Assembly: GCA_963816145.1 (NCBI GenBank)
Contig: CAWFJP010000029.1
Span: 416,001 to 480,000, forward strand
Direction of reading: 5' to 3'
Length of the DNA: 64,000 nt
From: an uncultured delta proteobacterium
GTDB lineage: Bacteria; Desulfobacterota; Binatia; UBA9968
Below the pieces are notes generated by a model. That model was given only the letters and a program-made list of their open reading frames with translations, had not been told where the DNA came from and made no database searches. This document shows positions 11,015 through 20,621 of the stretch, piece after piece (position 1 is the first letter of the stretch; each line of letters opens with the position of its first letter). The position numbers and the translations under genes are program-made.

Positions 11015-13009
11015 ATGTCTGAGTGGCGTGAACAGATTGTCGGTCGCTTCGTGCCAAACATCGCACGCGTTACTGCCGTCTCCGACCCAGACGGTTTGCT
11101 TCGCGATCCCGGTGTGTTCCAAGCCGTTCAAGCGAAAGGCTTCGCCATCGTGCAGTTTGAAGACTCCGTTTCCTTCCGCTTCGATTACGAAAGCCGCTTT
11201 CGCGCCAAATGGGATGCCGGCGAGTCGGTGGAACTGGTCGTCGTTTTTAAACCCGTGGAGCATGATTTCGAAACGCTTCCCGCCGATGTGCTCGCCAACG
11301 CTCAACGCTTGTCCTTCACTCTCAAAGACATTTTCCCCAAGCTCTCGTATTCAGTCGTTTCCCAACTGGAGACGGTCTATTTCGACGCGCTTTTTCAGGC
11401 CCAACAGCAGTATGTGTCGCAGGCTCACGACGAGGCACAGACCCGCGGCTTCGTTCTTCGCCACGTGTTTGGCATAGAACCGAGTGTGATCAAGAACGCA
11501 GCCGACCTGCTTCGAATGCTGTTTCAGCGGCATTACAAAAAGTCAAATATTCCTCTCATGCTGGATGAATATTTGGAGGCCTGCTTACGCCAAATCCGGG
11601 AATTTCGAAGCTGGCCCCTCGATGTCATCCTTCGCAATCGCTCCGCGTTTTGGGAATTTCTTGACGAGAGGTGGCCGATATTCGTTCGCCAATATCGTGA
11701 ATTGGCCGGGCAAGTGAAAGAGCAGGCGCCGCCGTTAAAATATCCTGGTCCCGATCTATTACCTTTCGACCACGACGACGTTCGCGTCTACGTCGACAAC
11801 TTGTTTAAGGACGGACTTCTGACGCCGGTAGCTTGCGACGGGAACGAGAAGACCGAACAGGCGTGGATGCGGGTAGGGCTTCTCGAAAGCCAAGCGGACA
11901 ACTCGGAATTGCGTTTCGAGGAGTTGAAAAAAGATTTATCGGACGCGTGTCCAGAGGTCGATGCAACGCCACAGGACTGGCTGACATTTGCGTTTCGTTA
12001 TGCGCAAGCCATCGCACTTTGGACACAACTAAGCCCGGCTGCTCGATATCGCTACCAAGCGCGTTTTTCCGAAGTGCGAAGTCTTGTAAATCAGCTATTT
12101 CTCACTTGGCTCACTAGCAACTACTCTGGGCTTTTCAATTACCCGGCATCAAATCCGCTTATGGTGCATCACATCCCGGGATTTATTAGTCATCAGATCG
12201 CAAATAAACTTTGTCAGCGGGCCGTTTTCATTCTCATCGACGGGCTGTCAATCGATCAGTGGCTTGTTATAAAGGAAAGTCTTAAAGGACAGGGATCGAA
12301 GAGTTCTGTCGAGGAGAATGCTCTATATGCCTGGATTCCGACGGTCACGGCAATTTCACGGCAAGCGGCGTTTTCTGGCAAGGTCCCACGCTACTTCGCG
12401 GAAACCATAAGTCGAGCGGATCGAGACGAGGCCGGATGGCGACAATTCTGGGTTGATCGGGGATTGTCGCAAGCGGAAACAGGATTTCTCGCGGTATCCG
12501 GTGATCCTGGTGATCTCGGAATTATTGATGAGCTTCTTACAACAGAGGTTCGTGTCCTAGGATTGACCATATACAAGATCGACAAGATCATGCATGGAAT
12601 GCAATTGGGGGCCGTCGGCATGTCCAGCCAGCTGCGGACATGGACGGAAGAAGGATTTTTGCCGAATCTTATTAATCTCTTTCGAGCACGCGGATTCGAC
12701 GTCTTCATTTCGGCCGACCACGGCAACCTGGAGGCGGTGGGGCTCGGTCGACCGAGAGAAGGCGTGTTGAGTGAAACGCGAGGGGAACGATGCAGAATTT
12801 ATCCTGATGCCACCTTGCGAAAAGGCTGCTTGACGGCATTCCCAGAAACAATTCCTTGGGAGAATGTCGGTTTACCGGATAACCTCAGTGCTGTGTTGGC
12901 GCCCTACGGAAAAGCCTTTACGCAAAAGGATTCGATGGTGGTTTGCCACGGCGGGGCGGCGCTCGAAGAGGTTTGTGTTCCGTTTATAAGAATTCGCAGT
13001 CAGACTTAA
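11015..13009 (+). CDS. pglZ: BREX type 3 PglZ (alkaline-phosphatase-superfamily core protein)
   Basis: ILIDGLSIDQW, WIPTVTAISRQAAFSG, ISADHGN, HGGAALEEVCVPF motifs; operon position. Confidence 0.9.
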   Translation: MSEWREQIVGRFVPNIARVTAVSDPDGLLRDPGVFQAVQAKGFAIVQFEDSVSFRFDYESRFRAKWDAGESVELVVVFKPVEHDFETLPADVLANAQRLSFTLKDIFPKLSYSVVSQLETVYFDALFQAQQQYVSQAHDEAQTRGFVLRHVFGIEPSVIKNAADLLRMLFQRHYKKSNIPLMLDEYLEACLRQIREFRSWPLDVILRNRSAFWEFLDERWPIFVRQYRELAGQVKEQAPPLKYPGPDLLPFDHDDVRVYVDNLFKDGLLTPVACDGNEKTEQAWMRVGLLESQADNSELRFEELKKDLSDACPEVDATPQDWLTFAFRYAQAIALWTQLSPAARYRYQARFSEVRSLVNQLFLTWLTSNYSGLFNYPASNPLMVHHIPGFISHQIANKLCQRAVFILIDGLSIDQWLVIKESLKGQGSKSSVEENALYAWIPTVTAISRQAAFSGKVPRYFAETISRADRDEAGWRQFWVDRGLSQAETGFLAVSGDPGDLGIIDELLTTEVRVLGLTIYKIDKIMHGMQLGAVGMSSQLRTWTEEGFLPNLINLFRARGFDVFISADHGNLEAVGLGRPREGVLSETRGERCRIYPDATLRKGCLTAFPETIPWENVGLPDNLSAVLAPYGKAFTQKDSMVVCHGGAALEEVCVPFIRIRSQT

Positions 13010-13021
13010 ACGTTATTCGCT

Positions 13022-13767
13022 ATGCGCGACAAAATCGAAATCGCCTTTCGCCGAAAAGTGCGAGCAGTCTGGTTGGAACAAGGACTTGCGCTGGCCGCGA
13101 ACGGGGTGACATGGAAAGACGCCAAGGTGTCTTTAGCCAAAGAAATCGCGGCCGAAAACCCAGGTAAAGAAACGATTCGCAAAGCCTTGGAACATCTGCG
13201 GAGGATTTGGTTCGAACCACCCAATGATTCTATTGCGCTCCGATCCCAGGCACTGAATATGTTTCGGGCGGATAATTCCCGTGATACCCGGTTTCTTCTG
13301 AATTGGGGCATGGCGATCGCCGCGTATCCATTTGTTGGAAGTGTCGGCGAGGCGATGGGCCGATTGCTCAAGCTACAAAACGAGGCGCGACGTGCCGATG
13401 TGCAGCGTCGTCTGCGCGAGCAATATGGTGATCGTGACTTCGTCAATCGTATTACCCGTTACACATCAGTAGTTTTCTCGACTGGGGTATTGTCGCTGAA
13501 ATCAAAAGAACTGGTGTCTATGTTGTAGGAACAAAGATTCAAGCGAAGAACACGGACCAGTTGGCGTGGCTCGCCGAAGCTGTTCTCATTTCGCGAGGTG
13601 AGAATCAAATGACCCTTTCTAAGCTTCATCACCATCCGATTCTCTTCCCCATCGCGCTGGATACGTTTAACGGGTTTACTTTACGAAGCAGTCCACGACT
13701 GAAAGTTGCACGTCAAGGAATGAGCGAGGAAGTCGTTTTCGTCGAAAATGGGTCTGAAGTCGAGTAA
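13022..13767 (+). CDS. brxA: BREX type 3 BrxA-like protein, frameshifted at ~13462
   Basis: WGMAIAAYPF and YGDRDFV motifs; adding one base gives RYNISSFLDWG and reads through into ORF 13561-13767; last gene of the BREX-3 order. Confidence 0.7.
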
Positions 13768-13896
13768 TTTTGGGGTGCTAACACTGAAGGAGCAGCGTTG
13801 GGCGCTGCGTTGGGGTCAGGCATGAGTCGTGCGTAATGTAGCTACTGCGAATCGATTTCGGCGACTCAACCGATTACCGGAATGTCGAACGACCGC

Positions 13897-14400
13897 TCAA
13901 ACAACCTTGTTGCCGCATTCCGGACAGAACTTGGCTCCGGGTTCGTAGGTCGCGTGGCAACTTCCGCACTCGTTTTTAGGCCGCAACGGGTTGCCGCACT
14001 CGGGACAGAATTTGCCGCCCTGGGTGCGGGCGCCGCAGGACGGGCATAGCGCGACCGCTTCGCTGGTGAGATCGAGATTTTTCGTGAGGTCTTGCTGGCG
14101 CACCTTTTCTTTCATCTGGTCGACGGTCGTCTGCACTTGCGCCGCGGCGATTTCGGTCTCGATATCGGGGGCGCAGGCGTAGCAGAGTGCGCGCTTACCG
14201 TTCCAGCAGGTCGCCTGGCAAACCCAATGGGTGCATTTCGGACATTGGCGGAAATTGCTCTTCGCCGCTTCGACGGCTTCGCGAAAAGCCTTGTCGTGGG
14301 CCGGTCCCTGGATGGCGCGCTCGATTTCGTAGCTGTTGGAGCCGGCGGAGCCGAGAATGCCGCCGAATAGGCCGCCGGCGGTGCGCAACACGCTCGCCGG
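13897..14400 (-). pseudogene. Double zinc ribbon protein, apparently 5'-truncated
   Basis: Multiple CxxC pairs (CPKC, CYAC, CPSC, KFCPECG x2). The ORF begins mid-domain (VLRTAGGLFGG) with no RBS, and the upstream frame is unrelated sequence ending in a stop. Confidence 0.6.
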
Positions 14401-14462
14401 TGTAAGCCTGGGGCCGCCGGCTGAGTATTGACTTATCTGCCGCTATCGCAGAGTTCGCCGCG

Positions 14463-14702
14463 TTAGCCTCTAGCGCTTGATGCATGCAGGGTCGGTTTCT
14501 TTTCCTTTGTCACTCTCAGGAGAAATCGAAGAGCCTCATTGACTGCAACGGCGTTGGGGAATGCTTTAGCCACGTCAGGTTCCAGCCGGACAACCGACTG
14601 ACCAAAACTTTTTCGAGCCGGACCTAATCGGCGTACGACCAACTTTTTAAGGTCGTATTCCGGACGTAAGTCATCAGTCGCATTACGTTTAGCCTTCTTC
14701 AT
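14463..14702 (-). CDS. BrnA-like antitoxin
   Basis: DDLRPEYDL...VRLEPDVAKAFPNAVAVNEALR; overlaps the 3' end of the BrnT gene. Confidence 0.75.
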   Translation of the reverse strand: MKKAKRNATDDLRPEYDLKKLVVRRLGPARKSFGQSVVRLEPDVAKAFPNAVAVNEALRFLLRVTKEKKPTLHASSARG

Positions 14703-14961
14703 AGTTTTTTCTCTCCGCTGCGGTGGTTTTTCTGGCACTTATCAGCCGTATCCTATCACCCCGCTCTGTGTAGGATACGATCAAGAGCCGCCCTTGATGC
14801 GACTTGCCGAGCATGAGATAACGATTTTCGTCGATGGAATGGTCCGGATCGTAAAACTCCACGTACAAGGGATCGTTAAATACGGTTTTGGCTTCATCGA
14901 ACGAGACATCGTGCTTTGCCAGGTTGTCAGCGGCTTTCGTTTTGTCCCATTCATATTTCAC
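14689..14961 (-). CDS. BrnT family toxin (DUF497 ribonuclease)
   Basis: YEWDKTKAADNLAKHDVSFDEAKTVF...ENRY...IRLISARK. Confidence 0.9.
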   Translation of the reverse strand: MKYEWDKTKAADNLAKHDVSFDEAKTVFNDPLYVEFYDPDHSIDENRYLMLGKSHQGRLLIVSYTERGDRIRLISARKTTAAERKNYEEG

Positions 14962-15124
14962 AAAGGAAGTATCTCATTGGTTATTTGGACGACGCAAGAG
15001 GTGGATTCAAAGTTGGCTTTGTACCTGCCCGATTCAGTCAAACTTCATGCTACATTCCTCACCCTCATAGCTCTTGAAGTCCCAGATAGCGACCGATATT
15101 ATCCCGCCGAAGGAGAATTTCTCG

Positions 15125-16522
15125 ATGGCCGAACGGACTCTCTACGACAAGATTTGGCAATCGCATACGGTGGGCATCCTGCCGACCGGCCAAACCCAGC
15201 TCTTTATCGGGCTTCATCTAATTCATGAAATCACCACCGCGCCGGCGTTCGATATGCTCAGGGAAAAGGGCATGGACGTGGCATTCCGCGATCGTACCTT
15301 TGCGACCGTCGATCACATCGTTCCCACCGACATGCGCCAACGGCCATTCAAGGATCAAGAGGCCGAAGATCTCACCCAAGCGTTGGAAAGAAACGTCGCC
15401 CAGTTCGGCGTCGAATTTTTCGGCCTCGACAGCATGAACCAAGGCATCGTCCATGTAATCGGACCGCAGCTGGGTCTGACGCAGCCGGGCATGACGCTGG
15501 CCTGCGGCGACAGCCATACGAGCACCCATGGCGCCTTCGGAACGTTGGCCTTCGGCATCGGCACCAGCCAGGTGCGCGATGTCTTGGCGACGCAGACCCT
15601 GGCGATGGACAAATTGAAAGTGCGCCGCATCAACGTCAATGGCGCGCTTGGCACCGGAGTTTATGCCAAAGACGTGATCCTGCATATCATCCGCCAGCTG
15701 GGGGTCGGCGGCGGCAAAGGATTTGCCTACGAGTACGGCGGCGAGGTGATCGACCGGATGAACATGGAAGAGCGCATGACCGTGTGCAACATGAGCATCG
15801 AGGGCGGCGCTTTGGTCGGTTACGTCAATCCGGATCAGACGACATTCGATTACATCAAAGGGCGGCCTCATGCGCCCAAGGGCGAGGCGTTCGATAAGGC
15901 GGTCAAGTACTGGCAGTCGGTGGCCTCGGACGCCGATGCGAAGTTCGACGATGTGGTGAATTATGACGGTAAAGACATCGAGCCGACGGTGACCTGGGGT
16001 ATCAACCCGGGGCAGTCGGTCGGCGTGTCGGAAAAACTGCCGTTGCCGGAAAAGTCGAGCGATCCCGAGAGCTCAAAGAAGGCTTATGAACATATGGGCT
16101 GGACACCCGGGGCGCCGATCATCGGCACGCCGGTGAATGTCGCTTTCATCGGTTCCTGCACCAACGGCCGGCTCGCCGATTTCCGCGCCGCGGCGAAGAT
16201 CGCCAAGGGGCGCAAGGTAAATCCCAATGTGCGCGCCCTCGTGGTGCCTGGATCTGCCGAGGTAAAGAAACTTGCCGAGGCGGAGGGTTTAGACAAAATC
16301 TTTGAAGAAGCGGGATTTCAGTGGCGCGAGGCCGGCTGTTCAATGTGCTTGGCGATGAACCCCGACAAACTCAATGGCCGGGAAATTTCCGCGTCGTCGT
16401 CCAATCGCAACTTCATCGGCCGGCAGGGCAGCCCGCAGGGCCGAACCCTGTTGATGAGTCCGGCGATGGTGGTGGCGGCCGCTCTCAACGGCAAAGTCGT
16501 CGACGTGCGCGAGTACGAATAA
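15125..16522 (+). CDS. leuC: 3-isopropylmalate dehydratase large subunit
   Basis: [48 protein letters not shown]; AAGGAG RBS. Confidence 0.95.
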   Translation: MAERTLYDKIWQSHTVGILPTGQTQLFIGLHLIHEITTAPAFDMLREKGMDVAFRDRTFATVDHIVPTDMRQRPFKDQEAEDLTQALERNVAQFGVEFFGLDSMNQGIVHVIGPQLGLTQPGMTLACGDSHTSTHGAFGTLAFGIGTSQVRDVLATQTLAMDKLKVRRINVNGALGTGVYAKDVILHIIRQLGVGGGKGFAYEYGGEVIDRMNMEERMTVCNMSIEGGALVGYVNPDQTTFDYIKGRPHAPKGEAFDKAVKYWQSVASDADAKFDDVVNYDGKDIEPTVTWGINPGQSVGVSEKLPLPEKSSDPESSKKAYEHMGWTPGAPIIGTPVNVAFIGSCTNGRLADFRAAAKIAKGRKVNPNVRALVVPGSAEVKKLAEAEGLDKIFEEAGFQWREAGCSMCLAMNPDKLNGREISASSSNRNFIGRQGSPQGRTLLMSPAMVVAAALNGKVVDVREYE

Positions 16523-16531
16523 CGGAACGAG

Positions 16532-16629
16532 GTTCAAATCGTTCAAAAAGTTCAAGCCGTTCAAATTGTTCCGCATCTGTACACGGCTTGAGCGGAGCGC
16601 AGCGGTTGAACGGTTTGAACGACTTGAAC
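16532..16629. repeat. Tandem-repeat palindrome: 4x GTTCAA (9-bp period) ... 3x TTGAAC
   Basis: GTTCAA at 16532, 16541, 16550, 16559; TTGAAC at 16606, 16615, 16624; lies between leuC and leuD. Confidence 0.85.
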
Positions 16630-16652
16630 TGATTTGGACCTAGTGAGGAACC

Positions 16653-17267
16653 ATGAGTGAAATAATTAAGATCGTCAAAATTACCGGCACGGCGCTGCCG
16701 ATGCGCGGCAACGAAATCGACACCGATCGGATCATTCCGGCGCGCTATTTAAAAGAGGTTACTTTTTCGCGCATGGGCGACTATCCGTTCTTCGACGAGC
16801 GCTACACCAGCGAGGGCAAGAAGAAGGATCATCCGTTCAACGATCCCGAGTATAGCGGCGCGTCGATTTTGTTCGTCAACAAGAACTTCGGCTGCGGCTC
16901 GTCGCGCGAGCATGCGCCGCAGGCGCTCAACCGTTTCGGCATCAAAGTCATCGTCGGCGAATCTTTCGCGGCGATCTTCGCCGGCAATTGTACCATGATG
17001 GGCGTGCCGACGGTGACGGTGAGCGAAAGGGACATGCAGCAGCTGATGAAGAGTGTCGAGGAAAACCCCAAGACCGAGTACACCGTCGATATCGACAACA
17101 AGACCTTGACCTACGGTAACGTGAAGATCGCCATCGACCTGCCGGAAACTTACCGCACGGCCTTGACCATGGGATCTTGGGATTCCACCGCGCTGTTGCG
17201 CGCCAATCTCGATCAGGTCAAACAAACCGCCAAGAAATTGCCTTACATGAACAACTTCGCGGGTTAG
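16653..17267 (+). CDS. leuD: 3-isopropylmalate dehydratase small subunit
   Basis: IDTDRIIPARYL, NFGCGSSREHAP, ESFAAIF. Confidence 0.95.
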   Translation: MSEIIKIVKITGTALPMRGNEIDTDRIIPARYLKEVTFSRMGDYPFFDERYTSEGKKKDHPFNDPEYSGASILFVNKNFGCGSSREHAPQALNRFGIKVIVGESFAAIFAGNCTMMGVPTVTVSERDMQQLMKSVEENPKTEYTVDIDNKTLTYGNVKIAIDLPETYRTALTMGSWDSTALLRANLDQVKQTAKKLPYMNNFAG

Positions 17268-17275
17268 CGACGCAA

Positions 17276-17536
17276 GAGATCGGAGATCGGATAAGAGATG
17301 TCTCCCGCAAAGTAACTCATGTACGGGTCGGCACAACACAGCAAATGAAAATGAGCTGCGCCACGTTCAAAGCAACGACGGAAATCCCCCAATGGCCCCC
17401 TTTGCCAAAGGGGGCGGGCCGAAGGACCGGGGGATTTTTTGCCTTTGATCGGCATTTTCATAAGAGGCGCAAAGCGCGCGCAGTTCGGAATGATAAAATA
17501 GGAAAAAACTTTGCGCGCTTGGCGGCTTGGCGCGAT
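17276..17536. repeat. Compound intergenic palindromes (GAGATCG, CCCCCTTTG..AAAGGGGG and CGCAAAG/CTTGGCG types)
   Basis: gagatcggagatcgg; ccccctttgccaaaggggg flanked by atccccc/gggggat; gcgcaaagcgcgc...tttgcgcgcttggcggcttggcgcg. Confidence 0.6.
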
Positions 17537-17611
17537 AAAGTTTTCTGATTGAGTGTCGGCGAACCTCTAAAAAGTCAGAATCTAACTTCAGCGGTATAAC
17601 ACCCGTGACCC

Positions 17612-18310
17612 ATGGCTGAACGGATTGTTTCCATGCACGCCGCCCATCGCAGCGGCAAGGATGTTGTCGACGGATTTCTTTCCCGGCCGACGGCCGGCGG
17701 CGAACGGCCGGCGATCGTTTTGGTCCACGGCTACCGCGGCCTGGACGACGGCCAGCGGGCGGTGACGCGCCGCTTCGCGCAAGAGGGGTTTGTTTGCTTG
17801 TCGCCGGATCTATTTCACGGCAAGACCTACCATACCCTGGAAGAGTGCGCGCTCAAGAAGACTTCGTTGGACATTCCCCACGCGGTCAACCAGATCGTCG
17901 ACAGCGTGCCCTATCTGCGCAAGCTGCCTTGGGTCGGCAAGAAGAAAGTCGCAGTTTTGGGCTTCTGCATGGGTGGCGGTTTGGCGCTCTATGCCTTGGC
18001 GCAGTCTAAAGCCTTCGATGCCGGGGTGATTTACTATCAGAGCATGTTTCCCGATCCCGAGGATCTGAAGAGTATCTCGGCGCCGATGCTGTGCCATTAC
18101 GGCACCGACGATCGCGGCACGACCCAGACCGAGATCGACATGTTTCGCGAGAGCTTGGAGCGGCACAAGAAAAAATTTCACATCGAGATGTATTCCGGCG
18201 CCGGCCACGCATTCCTCAACAACCCGTCGAGTAAAAACGCGGCCAACCGCGATGCCGCCGCTAAATCGGTTATCACCACAGCCAAGTGGCTGAAAAAAGT
18301 GCTGGCCTAG
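17612..18310 (+). CDS. Dienelactone hydrolase family protein
   Basis: Nucleophile elbow GFCMGG, YSGAGHAF. Confidence 0.9.
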   Translation: MAERIVSMHAAHRSGKDVVDGFLSRPTAGGERPAIVLVHGYRGLDDGQRAVTRRFAQEGFVCLSPDLFHGKTYHTLEECALKKTSLDIPHAVNQIVDSVPYLRKLPWVGKKKVAVLGFCMGGGLALYALAQSKAFDAGVIYYQSMFPDPEDLKSISAPMLCHYGTDDRGTTQTEIDMFRESLERHKKKFHIEMYSGAGHAFLNNPSSKNAANRDAAAKSVITTAKWLKKVLA

Positions 18311-18337
18311 CATTAAATAAAGTCCTGGAGGACAACA

Positions 18338-18643
18338 ATGGCGAACAAGTGGGACGAACGTAAGAAAGCGCAAGAGGACGAGTACTTCGTCAAGAAGGAA
18401 CGCGAACAGCTGGCGAAATTAAAGGCTAAACAGGAAGCGGAAGCCAAAGAGACGGCGAATAAAGTCGTCCACATGCGCTGTCCCAAATGCGGCGAGCCGC
18501 TAAAGGCGCGGAGCTTCCAGAAGATCGAGATCGATCAGTGCACCGGTTGCAATGGCATCTGGCTCGATGCCGGTGAACTTGAGCAAGTCGCCGAAAAGGA
18601 TGAGGGCAGTTGGCTCGGCAGGTTCTGGCAGAAAAACGGCTGA
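18338..18643 (+). CDS. Small protein: charged N-terminal helix (IF1-like) + zf-TFIIB-type zinc ribbon
   Basis: GGAGG RBS; MRCPKCG...IDQCTGCNGIWLDAGELE zinc ribbon. Confidence 0.8.
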   Translation: MANKWDERKKAQEDEYFVKKEREQLAKLKAKQEAEAKETANKVVHMRCPKCGEPLKARSFQKIEIDQCTGCNGIWLDAGELEQVAEKDEGSWLGRFWQKNG

Positions 18644-18705
18644 TAGCGACAAGTCGCGAGGCTTGGGTTCGGAAGATTGGCCGCAGGAACCAAAAACCGG
18701 GAAGA

Positions 18706-18843
18706 GCCGCAAAGGGCGCAAAGACCAAAGATGACGGAACGAGCCGTCATCCCGAGGGAACACGAGGGATTCAAGACCGGATTTCTCCCAAGGGTCGACA
18801 TGACAACATTTCCGGTGCTTGCGCCTTTGCGCCTTGGCGAGAG
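18706..18843. repeat. CGCAAAG-type palindrome with an embedded GTCATCCCG-type element
   Basis: gccgcaaagggcgcaaag ... gtcatcccgagg ... cttgcgcctttgcgccttggcg. Confidence 0.6.
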
Positions 18844-18884
18844 ACTCCGTAATTCGAAACCGTAATTGACCAAAGGAGACGACC

Positions 18885-19445
18885 ATGAAAAAATAGTAAG
18901 TGGTTTATCATTGGCATTGGCGATAGCTGTGGCTGCAAGCCGCGGCGCTGGTTTCGGCGCAAGAGGGCAAAATCGTCCCGTATGTGCCGACGCCGCAGGA
19001 GGTCGTCGACCGCATGCTCGAATTGGCCCAAGTTAAGAAGGGCGATGTCGTCTACGATCTCGGGTCGGGGGACGGGCGCATCGTCGTGACCGCGGCGAAA
19101 AAATACGGCGTCAAGGCGATCGGCTTCGAAATCGATCCGCAGCGCATCAAAGAATCGCATGAGAACATCAAGAAGGCCGGGGTCGAGAATTTGGTCGAGA
19201 TCCGCCAGCAAGATATTCGCACGGTCGATTTGTCGGCGGCCAACGTGCTGACGATGTATTTGCTGCCCGAAGTGAATCTGATGATCCGTCCGAATATCTG
19301 GAAACAGATGAAGCCGGGATCGCGCGTCGTGTCCCATGATTTCGATATGGGCGATTGGAAGCCGCTCAAGACGGAGTATATCAAGGACGGGTCGAGCTGG
19401 GATCACACGCTTTATCTCTGGCATGTCGAGGCGGCGAAGAAATAG
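18885..19445 (+). CDS. Class I SAM-dependent methyltransferase with probable signal peptide (compensating indels in the 5' part)
   Basis: VPYVPTP, YDLGSGDGRI, VVSHDF. AAAGGAG RBS and ATG at 18885 are in frame with ORF 18984; MKKIVSGLSLALAIAV is readable in the shifted frame. Confidence 0.8.
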
Positions 19446-19463
19446 TTCGGACTGCGCCCAAGG

Positions 19464-20618
19464 ATGGTTATGCAACTGACACGAGTACTGTTTGGCGCGC
19501 TGATAGCGGTCGGCTATTTCCCCAGTCTGTCCTTGGCACAAATCAAAATCGGCGTCGCCGAAGCGTTGACCGGCAATGCGGCGCAGTATGGCGTGCCGAT
19601 CCGCAAGGGCTTCGAGCTGGCAGTAAGTGAGATCAACGGCAGCGGCGGCATCAATGGCCAAAAGATCGAGCTTGTCGTTGAAGACGAGCAGGGCAAGAAA
19701 GAAGATGCGATCAACGTTTTCAAGAAACTGATCTTTCAGGACAAGGTGTTGATGCTGTTCGGCCCGACGCTGTCCAACTCGGCACAGGCCTCCGATCCGG
19801 TGGCCCAGGGCGCCAAGGTGGTGGTGTTCGGCACGTCGAATACCGCCGACGGCATCACCTCCATCGGTAACTTTGTATTTCGCAATTCGGTCACTGAGGC
19901 TGATATCTTGCCGGTGACTCTGAAGGTTGCGACGCAGAAAACCGGTCTGAAAAAAGTCGCGGTGCTTTACGGCAACGACGATATTTTTACCAAAAGCGGC
20001 TACGACAATTTCAAGAAAGCGCTGCAAGCGCTAAAAATCCCAGTGACCACGACCGAGACTTTCGCCAAGGGCGACGTCGATTTCAAACCGCAGCTGACCA
20101 AGATCAAAGCGAGCAATGCCGACGCTGTGGTGCTCTCGGCATTGGTGGCCGAGGGTGCGCCGGCGATGGTGCAAGCGCGGCAATTAGGCATCATGTTGCC
20201 GTTTATCGGCGGCAACGGCATGAACTCGCCCAAGGTCTTCGACCTCGCCAAGGACAATTCCGACAACCTATGGGTCGGCAGCCCCTGGTCCATAGAGAAT
20301 CCCGCGGCGGAGAACAAGCGCTTCGTCGCCGCCTATCAGAAGGCGCAAAACGCATTGCCCGACCAGTTCGCCGCCCAAGCCTACGACGCCGTGTACATCG
20401 TCGCCCAGGCATTGAAGAAGGTTAAGCTCAGCGGCAAGCTAGAAGCCGATCGCAGCAACCTGCGCAATGCTTTGCCGGCGGTGCAAATCACCGGCGCCAC
20501 TGGAGCTTTCAAGTTCCGCCAGGTGACGGGTAGAGACGGCAAGCCGGCCGGTTACGATGCCGTGCAGACCGCCATCGTGATGATGACCAAGGGCAACCAG
20601 TACGTCATTCAAAAATAG
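19464..20618 (+). CDS. Branched-chain amino acid ABC transporter substrate-binding protein (LivK-like)
   Basis: Signal peptide, IKIGV...LTG, INGSGGINGQKIEL, AAQAYDAV. Confidence 0.9.
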   Translation: MVMQLTRVLFGALIAVGYFPSLSLAQIKIGVAEALTGNAAQYGVPIRKGFELAVSEINGSGGINGQKIELVVEDEQGKKEDAINVFKKLIFQDKVLMLFGPTLSNSAQASDPVAQGAKVVVFGTSNTADGITSIGNFVFRNSVTEADILPVTLKVATQKTGLKKVAVLYGNDDIFTKSGYDNFKKALQALKIPVTTTETFAKGDVDFKPQLTKIKASNADAVVLSALVAEGAPAMVQARQLGIMLPFIGGNGMNSPKVFDLAKDNSDNLWVGSPWSIENPAAENKRFVAAYQKAQNALPDQFAAQAYDAVYIVAQALKKVKLSGKLEADRSNLRNALPAVQITGATGAFKFRQVTGRDGKPAGYDAVQTAIVMMTKGNQYVIQK

Positions 20619-20621
20619 CAG

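Noticed and set aside
16532-16629. Possible CRISPR array or iterons in the periodic repeats
   Set aside because: Units are 6-9 nt with no unique ~30-nt spacers; no cas or rep gene in the window.
18771-20027. 418-aa minus-strand ORF and similar long antisense ORFs (e.g. 57143-58261, 38772-39557, 42459-43244)
   Set aside because: Shadows of well-supported genes on the opposite strand in GC-rich DNA; no recognisable motifs.
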